Part shown: piece by piece, positions 62,072 to 64,000 of the stretch
Layout of the letters: each line of letters begins with the position of its first letter
Position numbering within the stretch: position 1 is the first letter of the stretch
NCBI GenBank assembly: GCA_963706955.1
Contig: CAVPOC010000003.1
Span: 683,395 to 747,394 of the forward strand
Length of the DNA stretch: 64,000 nucleotides
Source of the DNA: an uncultured Verrucomicrobiae bacterium
GTDB lineage: Bacteria; Verrucomicrobiota; Verrucomicrobiia; Chthoniobacterales; Terrimicrobiaceae
Reading direction: 5' to 3'
Program-made: the position numbers and the translations under genes
The notes under the pieces: model-generated
Told to the model about the DNA's origin: nothing
Seen by the model: the letters and a program-made list of their open reading frames with translations, nothing else
Database searches by the model: none

Positions 62072-63011
62072 GCGGGACCAGCAGACCATGATGGCGAACT
62101 GGCGGTCGACGTCCAGGGAGATCACGAAGAGCTTCGACGGTCGGGTCGTCGTTGACGGGCTGGCCATGCAGGTCCGCCGCGGAGAAATCTACGGATTTTT
62201 GGGTCCGAATGGCAGCGGCAAGACGACGTTCTTGCGCATCCTCTGCGGACTTCTTCGTCCGGATTCAGGGAGCGGCACCTGCCTCGGTTACGATGTTGTT
62301 CGGGAGAGCGATGCGATCAAACGCCGGGTGGGCTATATGACCCAACGGTTCAGCCTCTACGAGGATCTGTCGCTGGCCGAAAATTTGCGCTTCGTGGCGG
62401 ACATCTACGAAATGCCGAACGCCGCCGAGGCTGTAAAGAAGATGCTGGAGAGTCTTGGGCTTGAAGGACGAGAAACCCAGCTCGCCGGGCAGCTTTCCGG
62501 GGGGTGGAAACAACGGCTCGCGCTCGCCGCCTGCCTTATTCACAGGCCGGAACTCCTTCTTCTCGACGAACCGACAGCGGGCGTCGATCCGAAGGCGCGC
62601 CGTGATTTCTGGGACGAAATCCATCGCCTCGCGGCCGAAGGCCTCACCGTTCTCGTCACCACCCATTACATGGACGAAGCCGAGCGCTGTCATCGTCTCG
62701 CCTATATCGCGTATGGCAAGTTGCTCGCCAAGGGGACGCTCCAGGATGTGCTCGCCTCTGCCCAGCTAACGACCTGGGAAGTTTCAGGCCCTCACCTCGG
62801 CCGACTTTCACAGCAACTTCAAGAGCTTCCGGGCATCGAGCAGGTCGCCGCCTTTGGAAGCAAGCTCCACGTGAGCGGACGCGAGGCCGCCGCGATCCAG
62901 CGTGCCATCAGCCCATTTCAAAAGGAACCGTACGCGTGGCAGAAGATCGAACCAGGTCTAGAGGATGCCTTTATCGGCCTGATGCAGACCTCGCGCGACA
63001 ATTTCCAATGA
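62068..63011 (+). CDS. ABC-2 exporter ATP-binding protein (N-terminal frameshifts)
   Basis: GPNGSGKT, GYMTQRFSLYEDL, LSGGWKQRLAL, LDEPTAGVDP. Confidence 0.92.
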
Positions 63012-63051
63012 GCGAAGCATTCGAAGCGACTCGGTCCCTTCCTGAGGCATT

Positions 63052-64000
63052 ATGATCTCTCTTTCGTTTAATTTCGCGCGCTTCGTCGCGATCATCCGAA
63101 AGGAATTCATCCAGATGCGACGCGATCGCCTGACCTTCGCGATGATGTTTGGGATTCCGATCCTCCAGCTGATTCTTTTTGGTTTTGCCATCAACTCGGA
63201 TCCGAAGAATTTGCCTGTGGCGGTGCTCGCCTCCGACAACAGCCCCTTTGCGCGCAGGTTTATCCACGCGCTGGAAAACAGCGGATATTTCCAGATTGTC
63301 GATCACGTCGAAACCGAAGAGGAGGCGCGAGAGTTGTTGGCGCGCGGAGAGGTGCAGTTTGTCCTCAACTTGCCTTCAGACTTTTCTCGCAAGCTCGTCC
63401 GGGGAGACCGACCGGCCATGCTCGTGCAGGCCGATGCGACCGATCCTTCGGCGGTCAGCTCGGCGGTGCAAGTTATGAACGAAATCTCGCGAACCGCCTT
63501 CGACCGCGACCTCGCGGGACCGCTGCAGAAGCTTGGCGCCAAAGGCGGGCCGGTGGAGATGCGAATTCACCTCGAGTACAATCCCGACCGGATCACTCAA
63601 TACAACATCGTTCCCGGTCTGATGGGCGTGGTCCTCACCATGACCATGGTGATGATCACTGCACTGGCCGTCACTCGGGAACACGAACGCGGCACCATGG
63701 AAAGCCTGCTCGCCACCCCTGCGTTGCCGCTCGAGGTCATGACGGGCAAAATCGTCCCATATATTCTTGTTGGCTACGTTCAAGTCACCGTCATCCTTCT
63801 GGCCGCGCGGATTCTCTTTCGCGTGCCGATGGTAGGAAGCTTGCCGCTGCTCTATCTGTGCGCGCTGAGCTTCATTGCCGCGACTCTCGCCGTCGGCATA
63901 ACCATTTCGACACTGGCACGCAACCAACTGCAAGCCATGCAAATGTCGTTTTTCTTCTTCCTGCCTTCACTGCTGCTTTCCGGATTCATGTTTCCCTTTC
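63052..64000 (+). CDS. ABC-2 exporter permease (YbhS/YbhR-like), runs off window edge
   Basis: Manual translation: RKEFIQMRRDRLTFAMMFGIPILQLILFGFAINSDPKNLP...REHERGTMESLLATP. Confidence 0.9.
   Translation, partial: MISLSFNFARFVAIIRKEFIQMRRDRLTFAMMFGIPILQLILFGFAINSDPKNLPVAVLASDNSPFARRFIHALENSGYFQIVDHVETEEEARELLARGEVQFVLNLPSDFSRKLVRGDRPAMLVQADATDPSAVSSAVQVMNEISRTAFDRDLAGPLQKLGAKGGPVEMRIHLEYNPDRITQYNIVPGLMGVVLTMTMVMITALAVTREHERGTMESLLATPALPLEVMTGKIVPYILVGYVQVTVILLAARILFRVPMVGSLPLLYLCALSFIAATLAVGITISTLARNQLQAMQMSFFFFLPSLLLSGFMFPF

Overview
Bacterial chromosomal window, roughly 60% GC by eye and gene-dense. It most resembles Verrucomicrobiota (inferred from RpsU/MetK sequence style and gene content, not verified by search). 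Left half: myo-inositol catabolism (iolD partial, iolC-DUF2090 fusion, divergent RpiR-family iolR), DMT transporter, stand-alone AddB-like nuclease, rpsU, GH130, a TPR/alpha-2-macroglobulin/PBP1C envelope module, mqo, a family-B DNA polymerase with degenerate proofreading motifs, a GT11 glycosyltransferase and a deleted oxidoreductase relic. Middle: a lower-GC sugar ABC/kinase/aldolase cluster and a SAM-cycle locus (SahR-like regulator divergent from metK-ahcY-NCS2 permease). Right half: htpG, pckG, a GTAG-type REP doublet, one operon joining a caa3 oxidase with a Rieske/cytochrome b complex, and a TetR-HlyD-ABC efflux operon. The most striking item is a ~450 bp cassette between the metK stop and ahcY start: a GxxExxY (PD-(D/E)XK-like) gene enclosed by inverted repeats, each built from three CACAGATT octamers spaced about 10 bp apart. 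It is a candidate minimal mobile or intervening element. Many single-base frameshifts from ~46.8 kb onward are probably assembly errors. No rRNA, tRNA or CRISPR array was seen.
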